Notes under the pieces: model-generated
Databases searched by the model: none
Told to the model about the DNA's origin: nothing
Seen by the model: only the letters and a program-made list of their open reading frames with translations
Source of the DNA: Candidatus Sericytochromatia bacterium
Lineage (GTDB): Bacteria > Cyanobacteriota > Sericytochromatia > S15B-MN24 > VGJW01
Length of the DNA: 64,000 nucleotides
Assembly: GCA_035285865.1 (NCBI GenBank)
Contig: JAYKHS010000030.1
Span: 64,001 to 128,000 of the forward strand
Direction: 5' to 3'
Shown here: positions 9,182 through 16,826 of the stretch, in pieces
How positions within the stretch are numbered: position 1 is the first letter of the stretch
Layout: every line of letters begins with the position of its first letter
Program-made: the position numbers and the translations under genes

Positions 9182-9700
9182 TCAGGCGTGGAAACCCACC
9201 GCACCCACGGCAAGGCTTGCCGGTCCGGGGCGTTTCCCGAGGACGATGCCGATGCGTGTAAGGCGGCTCAGGTCCAGAATGCCCGTGGTCATCTCCGGGT
9301 GGAAGGCGGCGAAGGGCAGGTCGATCGTCGTCCATGCAGCCGGCGCCCACGCTTCCGCGCAGTAGTGCTCCCACGGGCGACGTTGCTGGAGGGAACGAAG
9401 GTGAACCTGGAACGGTGCCCCCACCCCCCGGACCAGCAGACGCACCCCGCGAAGATGGGTGGCATCGAAGGGGTGCTCCCGCGTCACGAGAGGCAGGGCA
9501 ACCTGGATGAAGCCTCCGCGATTCTCGAGTCGGACTGTGCCTTCGAGATGGAGGCAGGCCCGGCCGTCGATCGTGTCGTAGCGGACTTCAGCATCAGAGA
9601 GCCCACCCATCACCCGGTCCGTGAAGGCCATCCATCGCGTTCCGAGTCTGCTGGTGCCATCGCCGTTGAAGGTGTCGATCCAGAGTGCGGTTGCAGTCAT
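9182..9700 (-). CDS. CIA30 family protein (NDUFAF1-like)
   Basis: WMAFTDRVMGGLS, GTVRLENRGGFIQV and WTTIDLPFAAF motifs. Confidence 0.92.
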   Translation of the reverse strand: MTATALWIDTFNGDGTSRLGTRWMAFTDRVMGGLSDAEVRYDTIDGRACLHLEGTVRLENRGGFIQVALPLVTREHPFDATHLRGVRLLVRGVGAPFQVHLRSLQQRRPWEHYCAEAWAPAAWTTIDLPFAAFHPEMTTGILDLSRLTRIGIVLGKRPGPASLAVGAVGFHA

Positions 9701-9718
9701 GGCTTGAGCGTAACGCAG

Positions 9719-9740
9719 TTGTCTGGTTTCTGTATAGGTT
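9719..9740. promoter_or_regulatory. Candidate CarH operator over the -35 region of the CIA30 promoter
   Basis: Minus strand AACCTATACAG-AAACCAGACAA. A -10-like TACGCT (9712-9707) sits 6 nt before the CIA30 ATG. Confidence 0.65.
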
Positions 9741-9796
9741 TTGGTGCTCTGCGGCGGCCTGCAGTCAGTCTGGGAGTCGTGCTACGATGGAAGCCT

Positions 9797-9869
9797 GCGG
9801 GAGTAACTCAATTGGTAGAGTTCCAGCCTTCCAAGCTGGCTGTTGCGGGTTCGAGCCCCGTCTCCCGCT
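9797..9869 (+). tRNA. tRNA-Gly (TCC)
   Basis: Acceptor stem GCGGGAG/CTCCCGC, anticodon arm CCAGC-CT-TCC-AA-GCTGG, GGTTCGAG T-loop. CCA not encoded. Confidence 0.97.
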
Positions 9870-9912
9870 CTCCTTTGCCGGCATCGCGCCGGTGGCCCGA
9901 AAGGGCCGGCAG

Positions 9913-10638
9913 ATGACGATGGACGCTCGTCGCCTGCGCGACCGGGTTTTCCTCGCGGTCGATACCGAGACGACGGGACGCCCGACCTCGGCGGGTGGCC
10001 TCATCGAGATTGCCGCTGTTCGGTTCCTGGGTTCGGGGGAGGTGCTGGACACGTTCAGCCAACTCGTCAGGCCCAGGCATTCGGTTTCTCCGTTCGCCAC
10101 CAAGGTTCACGGTCTGCGCACGGCCGACCTCGCGGATCAACCGCGCATCGAACAGGTGATGCCCCGCTTCGGTGCCTTCCTCGAAGAGGGAGCTCCCATC
10201 GTGCTGGCGCACAACGCCGGCTTCGACCTTTCGTATCTGTCGGTGGCCTTCCAGGCTTCTGGAATGGAACAACCCGCCAATTCGGTCTACTGCACCCTCG
10301 ACATCGCACGAAAGTTGATGCCCGAGGCTCCGGGGTTTCGGCTGGGCGTGCTGGGCGAGAGTCTCGGCTTGCCGCAGGGTGTGCTGCATCGGGCTTTGGC
10401 TGACTGCGTCCTGCTCAAGGACATTTTCGTCCACTGGGTCAATGTCTTCCCTGCCTTCAACACCGTGGAGGAGCTCGAGGCTGGTTTCCGCAAGTGGGCT
10501 TTCGGAATTCGCAAGCGAAAGGTCCGCAGCAGACGTCGGCGGGGAAATCGTCCCGGCGATGATGTTGTCGACAGCGCATCGGAGTCGCCGGACGATGACG
10601 GGAGCCACGAGGATGTCGTGGACACCGCCGACGTCTGA
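9913..10638 (+). CDS. DEDDh 3'-5' exonuclease (DnaQ/Pol III epsilon-like)
   Basis: VDTETTG, AHNAGFD and HRALAD motifs; basic then acidic C-terminal tail. Confidence 0.9.
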   Translation: MTMDARRLRDRVFLAVDTETTGRPTSAGGLIEIAAVRFLGSGEVLDTFSQLVRPRHSVSPFATKVHGLRTADLADQPRIEQVMPRFGAFLEEGAPIVLAHNAGFDLSYLSVAFQASGMEQPANSVYCTLDIARKLMPEAPGFRLGVLGESLGLPQGVLHRALADCVLLKDIFVHWVNVFPAFNTVEELEAGFRKWAFGIRKRKVRSRRRRGNRPGDDVVDSASESPDDDGSHEDVVDTADV

Positions 10639-10649
10639 GGCGGCTGGCC

Positions 10650-11885
10650 TCAGCCCGAGACAAGCTCCAGCAGCGTGATCTCCGAGGGTGCGCCGAGGCG
10701 CATCGGCGGGCCCCACCATCCGGTCCCTCGGCTGACGTACAGCCACGTGTCGTCCTTCCGGAACAGTCCTGCGACGTGAGGCTGGTCGAGGCGCACCAGG
10801 AAGTTGAAGGGCACGATCTGGCCGCCGTGCGTGTGGCCGGAGAGTTGCAGGCTCACGCCAGCCTTGCGTGCAGCCTCGATGGCGGGTGGTTGGTGCGCCA
10901 GCAGCAGGATGGGAGTCCGGGCAGGACTGCCGGAAAGCGCAGCATCCAGATCAGGTCCCGGTCCCCCGAAGCGACGGGCTGTGAAGTCATCTACGCCTAC
11001 CACGACGAATGGAGCCCCGCCCTGTTCTAGGACGACGTGGGCGTTGCGCAGGACCGTGACGCCTGCTTGCCGCAGATGGTCGAGCCAAGGCTCCACGCCG
11101 GCGTAGTACTCGTGATTGCCGGGCACGAAGTGTATGCCGTGACGCGGTTTCCACGCAAGAAGCGGTGCCAGCTCGGGCGCCAGGCTCGAGACGCTGCCAT
11201 CCACGAGGTCTCCGGTCAGGGCCAGCAGATCCGGGTCAAGGTCCCGGATGCGTCGCGCCAACCGATCGACATAGCCTTGTCGGATCGTATTGCCGACATG
11301 CAGGTCGGAGACCTGAAGAATTCTGAGCCCGTTCCACTCGGGCGGGATGGCAGGATGGGCCACGCGTACCCTGACAAGACGAGGACCGTTCGTTGCGCTT
11401 GCGATGGCCGCAGCTGCCAGCAGCAGGCCGAGACCGAGCGCCGACAGCGTCAGCCAGCCATCCGCCTCGGCCGAGTGGGGGAGTTCGAGGCGAATGATGC
11501 CCGGAAATCGGGCGAGCAGGTCGGGCAGATGGCGGAGCGGTTCGGTTGCCAGCATGGTGCACAGCAGCAGGAAAGACGTGCCCTGCCAGACGTGACCCAC
11601 CCACGCCAGCACCCGGGCCACACCTGCGGGCAGAACGCGTTCAAGCAGGAAGCCGGACAGGGTCGTGGCCCAGAGGAGAATCAGCACCGCGGCTATCGGC
11701 ATCGGTCCTTGGGCCTTCAGGATCGGTGCTTCGCTCAAACGCATGAAGAGATACCCGTGCATGCTGCCCGTAAGCAGCAGAAGCACGCAGAGGAAGACAA
11801 GCCACCCGAGCAGGTCTCCGGGGCCGGGCCGGCGCCTCAGGCGAAGGGGCCCGCCTCGCTCGGCAGGCGATGCCTCGGTGGACAC
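10650..11885 (-). CDS. Membrane-anchored metallophosphoesterase (YkuE/YaeI type)
   Basis: N-terminal TM helices; SDLH, TGDLVD, GNHE and SGHTHGGQ motifs. Confidence 0.92.
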   Translation of the reverse strand: MSTEASPAERGGPLRLRRRPGPGDLLGWLVFLCVLLLLTGSMHGYLFMRLSEAPILKAQGPMPIAAVLILLWATTLSGFLLERVLPAGVARVLAWVGHVWQGTSFLLLCTMLATEPLRHLPDLLARFPGIIRLELPHSAEADGWLTLSALGLGLLLAAAAIASATNGPRLVRVRVAHPAIPPEWNGLRILQVSDLHVGNTIRQGYVDRLARRIRDLDPDLLALTGDLVDGSVSSLAPELAPLLAWKPRHGIHFVPGNHEYYAGVEPWLDHLRQAGVTVLRNAHVVLEQGGAPFVVVGVDDFTARRFGGPGPDLDAALSGSPARTPILLLAHQPPAIEAARKAGVSLQLSGHTHGGQIVPFNFLVRLDQPHVAGLFRKDDTWLYVSRGTGWWGPPMRLGAPSEITLLELVSG

Positions 11886-11887
11886 GT

Positions 11888-12778
11888 TCAGCGCTCCAGC
11901 CTCAGGCCGATCATCTCATAGGCCTCCCGAACCGGGTCATAGTCCTTGGAGTTGGCCTTCTGGAAGCCGTCCACACGGAAGATGCGTCGGATCTTGCCCG
12001 AGCCATCGTCCGACTTGGACAGGTTCAGGAAGAAGTCCTGGATACGCGAGACGAGGACCGGGTCCAGATCCTGCCGAACAGCGATGTTGTCGGACGGGAT
12101 GGGCGGAGAGACGCCAAGGATCCTGATCTGGTCCCGAGCACTCTGGTTGGGCAGGACTCCGGGACGGGTCCATGCGGCCTCGAGGGGGTTGGGGTTATTC
12201 AGGAAACACGCACCGGCGTCGACCTTCCCGTGGAAAACGGCCAGCACGACAGCATCATGTCCGCCGGCATTCTGGACCCGCAGGTCGCGCTCGGCCTTAA
12301 GGCCTGCCCGAATCAACATTACGCGAGGGTAGATGCTGCCCGAAGTCGAGTTGGGCTCCACGAAGGCCATGGATTTGCCCTTGAGGTCCTTGAGTGACCG
12401 TATCCCGCTGTCCTTCCTGGTGATGATGGCGGCATGGTAGGCAGAGCGTCCGCGGAAGACTGATTTCAGAATCACCCGGGCGCCAGCCTTGCGCTCGGCC
12501 AGAACGAACGCGGCAGGGGGGAAGAAAGCCATGTCGACTTGCTCGTGGCTCATCGCTTCCACCACCCCGGCGTAGTCGGACGTGATGCGCGGTTCCACCC
12601 GCATGCCCAGCGACTGACCCAACATCCGGGAGACCTCGGAGGCAATTCGTCCGATTTCTCCTGGGTTTTCCCACGGTGCGAAGCCTACGACGAGTTTGCG
12701 CGGCTTGTAGGCTGCGGCTGGTGCCGTGGCCGCGAGGATGCTTGTCGCAAGCACCAGAAGGCCGACGATGGGACGCAA
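11888..12778 (-). CDS. phnD: Phosphate/phosphite/phosphonate ABC transporter substrate-binding protein
   Basis: Signal peptide, DYAGVVEAM, NSTSGSIYP and GGHDAVVLAV motifs. Start uncertain; TTG 12778 avoids overlap with yraN, and the ORF extends to 12832. Confidence 0.85.
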   Translation of the reverse strand: MRPIVGLLVLATSILAATAPAAAYKPRKLVVGFAPWENPGEIGRIASEVSRMLGQSLGMRVEPRITSDYAGVVEAMSHEQVDMAFFPPAAFVLAERKAGARVILKSVFRGRSAYHAAIITRKDSGIRSLKDLKGKSMAFVEPNSTSGSIYPRVMLIRAGLKAERDLRVQNAGGHDAVVLAVFHGKVDAGACFLNNPNPLEAAWTRPGVLPNQSARDQIRILGVSPPIPSDNIAVRQDLDPVLVSRIQDFFLNLSKSDDGSGKIRRIFRVDGFQKANSKDYDPVREAYEMIGLRLER

Positions 12779-12780
12779 GT

Positions 12781-13125
12781 TCAGAATGCCTCGGGTATGT
12801 GGACGATTCGGGGTTCGCGCCCCATGGGCCATTCGATGCCCAGCACGTCAAAACGGATGTCGCCGTGCCAATGCCTTTTTTCAAGATACCACCGCGCCAG
12901 CAGTCGCAAGCGCCTGGCCTTCCGCGGGCACACGAAGCCTTCCGCCGGTTCATGCCGGCGGCACTTGACCTCCACGAAGCACATCGTGTCCGATTCCCGG
13001 ACGATCAGGTCGATCTCGCCGCGAGGCAGACGGACGTTCCGCGCGACAATCTCGGCACCACGCGCCCGGTACCACGCTGTCGCCACCGCCTCTCCAGCTC
13101 GGCCAAGCGCGATGTTGCGGTGCAT
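12781..13125 (-). CDS. yraN: YraN family nuclease-like protein (UPF0102)
   Basis: LGRAGEAVA, RNVR..GEIDLI, FVEVK and IRFDV motifs. Confidence 0.9.
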   Translation of the reverse strand: MHRNIALGRAGEAVATAWYRARGAEIVARNVRLPRGEIDLIVRESDTMCFVEVKCRRHEPAEGFVCPRKARRLRLLARWYLEKRHWHGDIRFDVLGIEWPMGREPRIVHIPEAF

Positions 13126-13262
13126 CCTGACAGTCTCCTGCTCCCATCGTCTGCTGGTGACTGCCGCCTGGCCAGCTCGGCATGACGGCGAATACGAGCC
13201 GGAACCTTCGCGCGCTGGTGGTCGTCTGCCCTTGCATGTACGATGGCTTAGGGAGGATGGGC

Positions 13263-13895
13263 ATGCGGGGAAGGTTCTGGCAGGTCGGTCTTCTTGCGTT
13301 GTTGCTGCTGCTCGGGGCTTCGGGGGTTGCCCGGGCGGATACGCGTCCCGAGGAAATCGCCGTCCTGCGTGAGCGGGTCCGGGAGGCTGAATTGGACCCG
13401 GATGTCCGTTTCGATCTCGCCATGGGGCTCGCACGCACACCTTGGCTGGAGCAGGGTTGGCAGGAACTGCTCAAGGTGCGGGAACTCGATCCCGCGTATG
13501 CGGACAAGGTCATCGCCCGCTATGCCCCTCTGGTCAAGGAGAACCCCGAAAACATCGAAGCTTGGTTTCGGCTGGCCTTCGGGCATTTTTTCGCCGGGCT
13601 CGAGCGCAAGGACTCCGAGTCGCGCCGACATGCTGTCGAGGCGTTTGGCAAGATCCTGACCGTCGATGCCCGATATGTCTGGGCTCTGAATTATCTGGCC
13701 TATCTGACGCACGAAGCTGGTGATCTGCCCGCAGCACTGGCGCTGGCAGAGCGGGCTGTCCAGGCCGGACCGGACAATGCCGTGGCTCACTTCCTCAAGG
13801 CTCAGGCGCTGGTCCGCCAGAACCGCTACTGGGCCGCGGCTCCTGAGTTGGCACTCGCGATGCGCCTTCGTGCGCAGGCTGGCTTTGGCGACTAG
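13263..13895 (+). CDS. Exported tetratricopeptide repeat protein
   Basis: Signal peptide, TPR-like helices (ALNYLAY, PDNAVAHF); GGGAGG RBS. Confidence 0.8.
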   Translation: MRGRFWQVGLLALLLLLGASGVARADTRPEEIAVLRERVREAELDPDVRFDLAMGLARTPWLEQGWQELLKVRELDPAYADKVIARYAPLVKENPENIEAWFRLAFGHFFAGLERKDSESRRHAVEAFGKILTVDARYVWALNYLAYLTHEAGDLPAALALAERAVQAGPDNAVAHFLKAQALVRQNRYWAAAPELALAMRLRAQAGFGD

Positions 13896-13939
13896 CGGAC
13901 ACTGGCGTGATGCTCCATGGGGTGCTAGGATGATGCCCC

Positions 13940-14013
13940 CGGGATGTAGCTCAGCTTGGTAGAGCGCGCGGTTCGGGACCGTGAGGCCGGAGGTTCGAAT
14001 CCTCTCATCCCGA
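13940..14013 (+). tRNA. tRNA-Pro (CGG)
   Basis: Acceptor stem CGGGATG/CATCCCG, anticodon loop TT-CGG-GA, GGTTCGAATCC. Confidence 0.97.
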
Positions 14014-14016
14014 TGC

Positions 14017-14049
14017 AGACGCCGGCAGCTTTAGGGTTTGCCGGCGTCT
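14017..14049. terminator. Hairpin between convergent transcription units
   Basis: Perfect 11-bp inverted repeat AGACGCCGGCA...TGCCGGCGTCT. Confidence 0.6.
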
Positions 14050-14065
14050 CGTCGTCTAGCGGTTC

Positions 14066-14380
14066 TCAGGTGGCGTCCCGACTTCCAACAGTGCGCTGAG
14101 CACGGAAGCACGCGGGACAGTAAACAGGTCGCCCTTGAACGGGGCGGAAGGGGACCATCGTCTCCGTGCCACAACTGGAGCAGGTTGCCGGGAAGCGGGG
14201 CCTTGCGCCTTCCGCGGGCGGCACGGCGGGCTGGTTCGTGTTCTGCTTGCGCAAGCGCCTGCAGGATACGCAACGGACCGGAGGGTTGGTGTAGCCCTTC
14301 TGAGCATGAAATTCCTGCTCGCCGATGGAGAAGACGAAGTCCTTGCCGCAGTCCCGGCAGTGCAGCGACCGATCCTGCAT
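14066..14380 (-). CDS. Zinc-ribbon plus CxxC-x17-CxxC domain protein
   Basis: CRDCGKDFVFSIGEQEF..PVRCVSC, then CSSCG..VPFRP..PVYCPAC. Confidence 0.9.
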   Translation of the reverse strand: MQDRSLHCRDCGKDFVFSIGEQEFHAQKGYTNPPVRCVSCRRLRKQNTNQPAVPPAEGARPRFPATCSSCGTETMVPFRPVQGRPVYCPACFRAQRTVGSRDAT

Positions 14381-14391
14381 GGTGCTCCCGA

Positions 14392-14865
14392 TCAGGTCAT
14401 TCCCGCGAGGACGTCGACTTCCTCACGGGAAAGGAGGCGGTCAAGGGCCAGAAGAAAAAGGATACGGTGACCCTGGCCTTCCGGAATGCGCAGGATCCCC
14501 GAGAGAAAGGGAGCCCGAGCGCCGGCGGCCGGCGGCACGGGTGCGATGTGCGTGGCATTGACTCGGACGACGTCACGTACCGAATCGGCCACGAGGCCGA
14601 CCTGCTGGCCCTCAAGATGGCTGATGATGATGCAGGGATGCCCCTCACCAGCCGCCAGACGTTCGAGACCGAAACGGGTCCGCAAGTCCAGAACGGGCAG
14701 AATGGTGCCGCGCAGGTCGATCAGGCCATCAATCCAGCGTGGCGCTTCCGGGACACGGATGACCGGGAGCAGCGGGATGATCTCCTGCACGCTCCCGATA
14801 TCCACACCATAGCTCTCGGCCGCCAGCGCGAAGGTGACGACCTGGAATTCGTCCTGGATGGCCAC
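14392..14865 (-). CDS. cheW: Chemotaxis adaptor protein CheW
   Basis: YGVDIGSVQEII, VPEAPRWIDGLIDLRGTILPVLDLR and VGLVADSV motifs. Confidence 0.9.
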   Translation of the reverse strand: MAIQDEFQVVTFALAAESYGVDIGSVQEIIPLLPVIRVPEAPRWIDGLIDLRGTILPVLDLRTRFGLERLAAGEGHPCIIISHLEGQQVGLVADSVRDVVRVNATHIAPVPPAAGARAPFLSGILRIPEGQGHRILFLLALDRLLSREEVDVLAGMT

Positions 14866-14868
14866 GCC

Positions 14869-15969
14869 TTACAGCCGGCGGACGATGCCGAATCCGACCG
14901 CGGCGCGAACCCGGGATGCCATCGCCTCGGCTTCCATTCGGGAGCTGAAACGGCCGACCCAGACTCGGTTCGGACCTGCCGTCGCCGTCGCGGGGATGCC
15001 GTGGACCGACGCATAGAGGCCCTTGGTCGAGAGCCTTCCGGCAGCAGCCTTGGCGCGTTCCTCGGTGGGGTGGCTGCCCAGGAAGACGACGAAGCGTCCA
15101 TCCCGCGACACCACCTGACCTCGGACGCCAGCCTTCCGGAACTGCCGGACGAGGGCCTTGGCCTTCGCCGAGGTGTCCACGTAGTTGGACCACAGAGACC
15201 ATTTTCCGCGGGTTCCGGTGCCCGTTCGCGTCGCCGGAAGCCCTTTTGACTTCAGACGCTGCACCACGGCCTGGGCGTTTTCCGGCACGTTGAATGCGCC
15301 TGCCTGAACGGTGTACACACCGCGATCACCCTTGGCCACGCGAAGGGCACGCGCCTTGCGAGCCGCACGACCCGTCTTGTCTGCAGTTCGTGCCGTGGCA
15401 AGGCTGGTGGCGGAGGTGGCGGCCTGAGCCGGCGGCTTGACCAGTGACCGGGCAACAGGGGCGACCGCAGGCGGAGCCTTGGCAGCGACAGGTGCTGGCT
15501 GATCGGCTGCAGGGACCGGTCGCGCCGCCACGGGAACAGGTTTTTCAGGCGATCCCGCAGGGGGGAGCTCGCCTCTGGGAGCAGTTTCGACGGGTGGTAC
15601 GGCAACTGCAGCCTGAGTCGCCGTTTGTGCCGGAGCCGCGGCAGGAGCTGGCGGAGGCACGGCAGGCGCAGCCGCCTGCGACGGTTGCGCCGCTTCCTCC
15701 GTCGCCGGCATCAAGCCGGAGAGAAACGGAATTTCGATGCCCTGGGACATGGCGGCATACGCACCACCGCCGACCAGGGTCAGGCCCAGAAGGGTGAAAA
15801 GGATGGCACGCCGGGCACCGCCGCCCGAGCCGGAGCCTTCCTCATCATCTTCCTCGTCGTCTTCGTCGTCCTCATCCTCGTCGTCGTAGCCATCTTCGTC
15901 TTCGTCTTCGTAGGCCGATTCATCCTCGTCCTCGAAGTCGAGTTCGTCGTCGTCGTTGTTCCTAGCCAC
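14869..15969 (-). CDS. SPOR domain membrane protein (FtsN/DamX-like architecture)
   Basis: Acidic N-terminus, single TM, Pro/Ala linker, YTVQAGAF and RVWVGRF SPOR motifs. GGAGGAG RBS before GTG 15969. Confidence 0.85.
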   Translation of the reverse strand: MARNNDDDELDFEDEDESAYEDEDEDGYDDEDEDDEDDEEDDEEGSGSGGGARRAILFTLLGLTLVGGGAYAAMSQGIEIPFLSGLMPATEEAAQPSQAAAPAVPPPAPAAAPAQTATQAAVAVPPVETAPRGELPPAGSPEKPVPVAARPVPAADQPAPVAAKAPPAVAPVARSLVKPPAQAATSATSLATARTADKTGRAARKARALRVAKGDRGVYTVQAGAFNVPENAQAVVQRLKSKGLPATRTGTGTRGKWSLWSNYVDTSAKAKALVRQFRKAGVRGQVVSRDGRFVVFLGSHPTEERAKAAAGRLSTKGLYASVHGIPATATAGPNRVWVGRFSSRMEAEAMASRVRAAVGFGIVRRL

Positions 15970-16054
15970 GGCTCCTCCAGGAGGTTCTCGGACCACGAGG
16001 GTCCGCGTCGCCGCCTATATACCCGTGCGGCGACGCATCAATCCCACGGGACGC

Positions 16055-16384
16055 TCAGGCGTCCTCGTCGTCCTCGGACATCTGCTCGAGAGCCGCGACG
16101 ACCCGTGCGAACTCCTCCTCGTCTTCGATGTGCGCCAGCGATTCGTCTGCCTCGAAACGCAGGACGATCACGCCGACTTCGCCGGCTTCCTCGCCATCCT
16201 CGGTGTCTTCGGAGGGCCCTGCCTCGCCGCTTTCGTCCAGGGGCAGCAGGAGGGCATATTCACGCCCCTCGACCTCGATGATGTCCAGCAGCTCGAACTG
16301 CTCCTGCTCGCCGTCCTCACCGAGCAGCGTGATGATGTTCTCCGCCTCGTCGGTCTCAGAGTGCTGGGTGTTCGCCGGATCCAT
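16055..16384 (-). CDS. DUF1292 family protein
   Basis: IITLLGEDGEQEQFELLDIIEVEGREYALLLP and IEDEEEF motifs; follows ruvX. Confidence 0.85.
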   Translation of the reverse strand: MDPANTQHSETDEAENIITLLGEDGEQEQFELLDIIEVEGREYALLLPLDESGEAGPSEDTEDGEEAGEVGVIVLRFEADESLAHIEDEEEFARVVAALEQMSEDDEDA

Positions 16385-16826
16385 GGGATCGGTTCCTTTC
16401 TTGTCGGTCGCGTCGGTCCAGGTAGCCCTGAAGAATGACCATCGCGGCCTGCTGGTCGATGACCTCCCGCCTCCGGGATCTCGGCACATCAGCCGCGATC
16501 AGGACGCGCTCGGCGATCTTGGTGGTGAAGCGTTCGTCCTCGTGGATGACCTCGAAGCCGAGGTCGATCAGGCGGTCGGTGAAGGTGGTCAGCGATTCGG
16601 CCTGTGGGCCCGTCGTGCCTGCCAACGTCCGGGGGAAGCCTATCACGAGCGTTCGGGACTGGTAAAGGTCCGCGATCTGCTGGACCTCGGCAAGGTCCTT
16701 GGCCAGGTTGCGACGTTCGATGACGCCCGCCCCCTGGGCCGTCCAGCCGAAGGGATCCGAGACCGCAACGCCGATGCGACGGGTCCCAACATCAAGCCCG
16801 ACGATCCTGGGCCGAGGCTCCGTCAT
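16356..16826 (-). CDS. ruvX: Holliday junction resolvase-like / pre-16S rRNA nuclease RuvX (YqgF)
   Basis: GLDVGTRRIGVAVSD, DERFTT and IDQQAAMVILQGYLD motifs. Confidence 0.95.
   Translation of the reverse strand: MTEPRPRIVGLDVGTRRIGVAVSDPFGWTAQGAGVIERRNLAKDLAEVQQIADLYQSRTLVIGFPRTLAGTTGPQAESLTTFTDRLIDLGFEVIHEDERFTTKIAERVLIAADVPRSRRREVIDQQAAMVILQGYLDRRDRQERNRSHGSGEHPAL

Noticed and set aside
15840..15960. TCG/TCA/TCT triplet runs (also about 42400-42660)
   Set aside because: They encode Asp/Glu- and Arg-rich protein tracts and have no repeat-spacer structure, so they are not CRISPR or satellite DNA.
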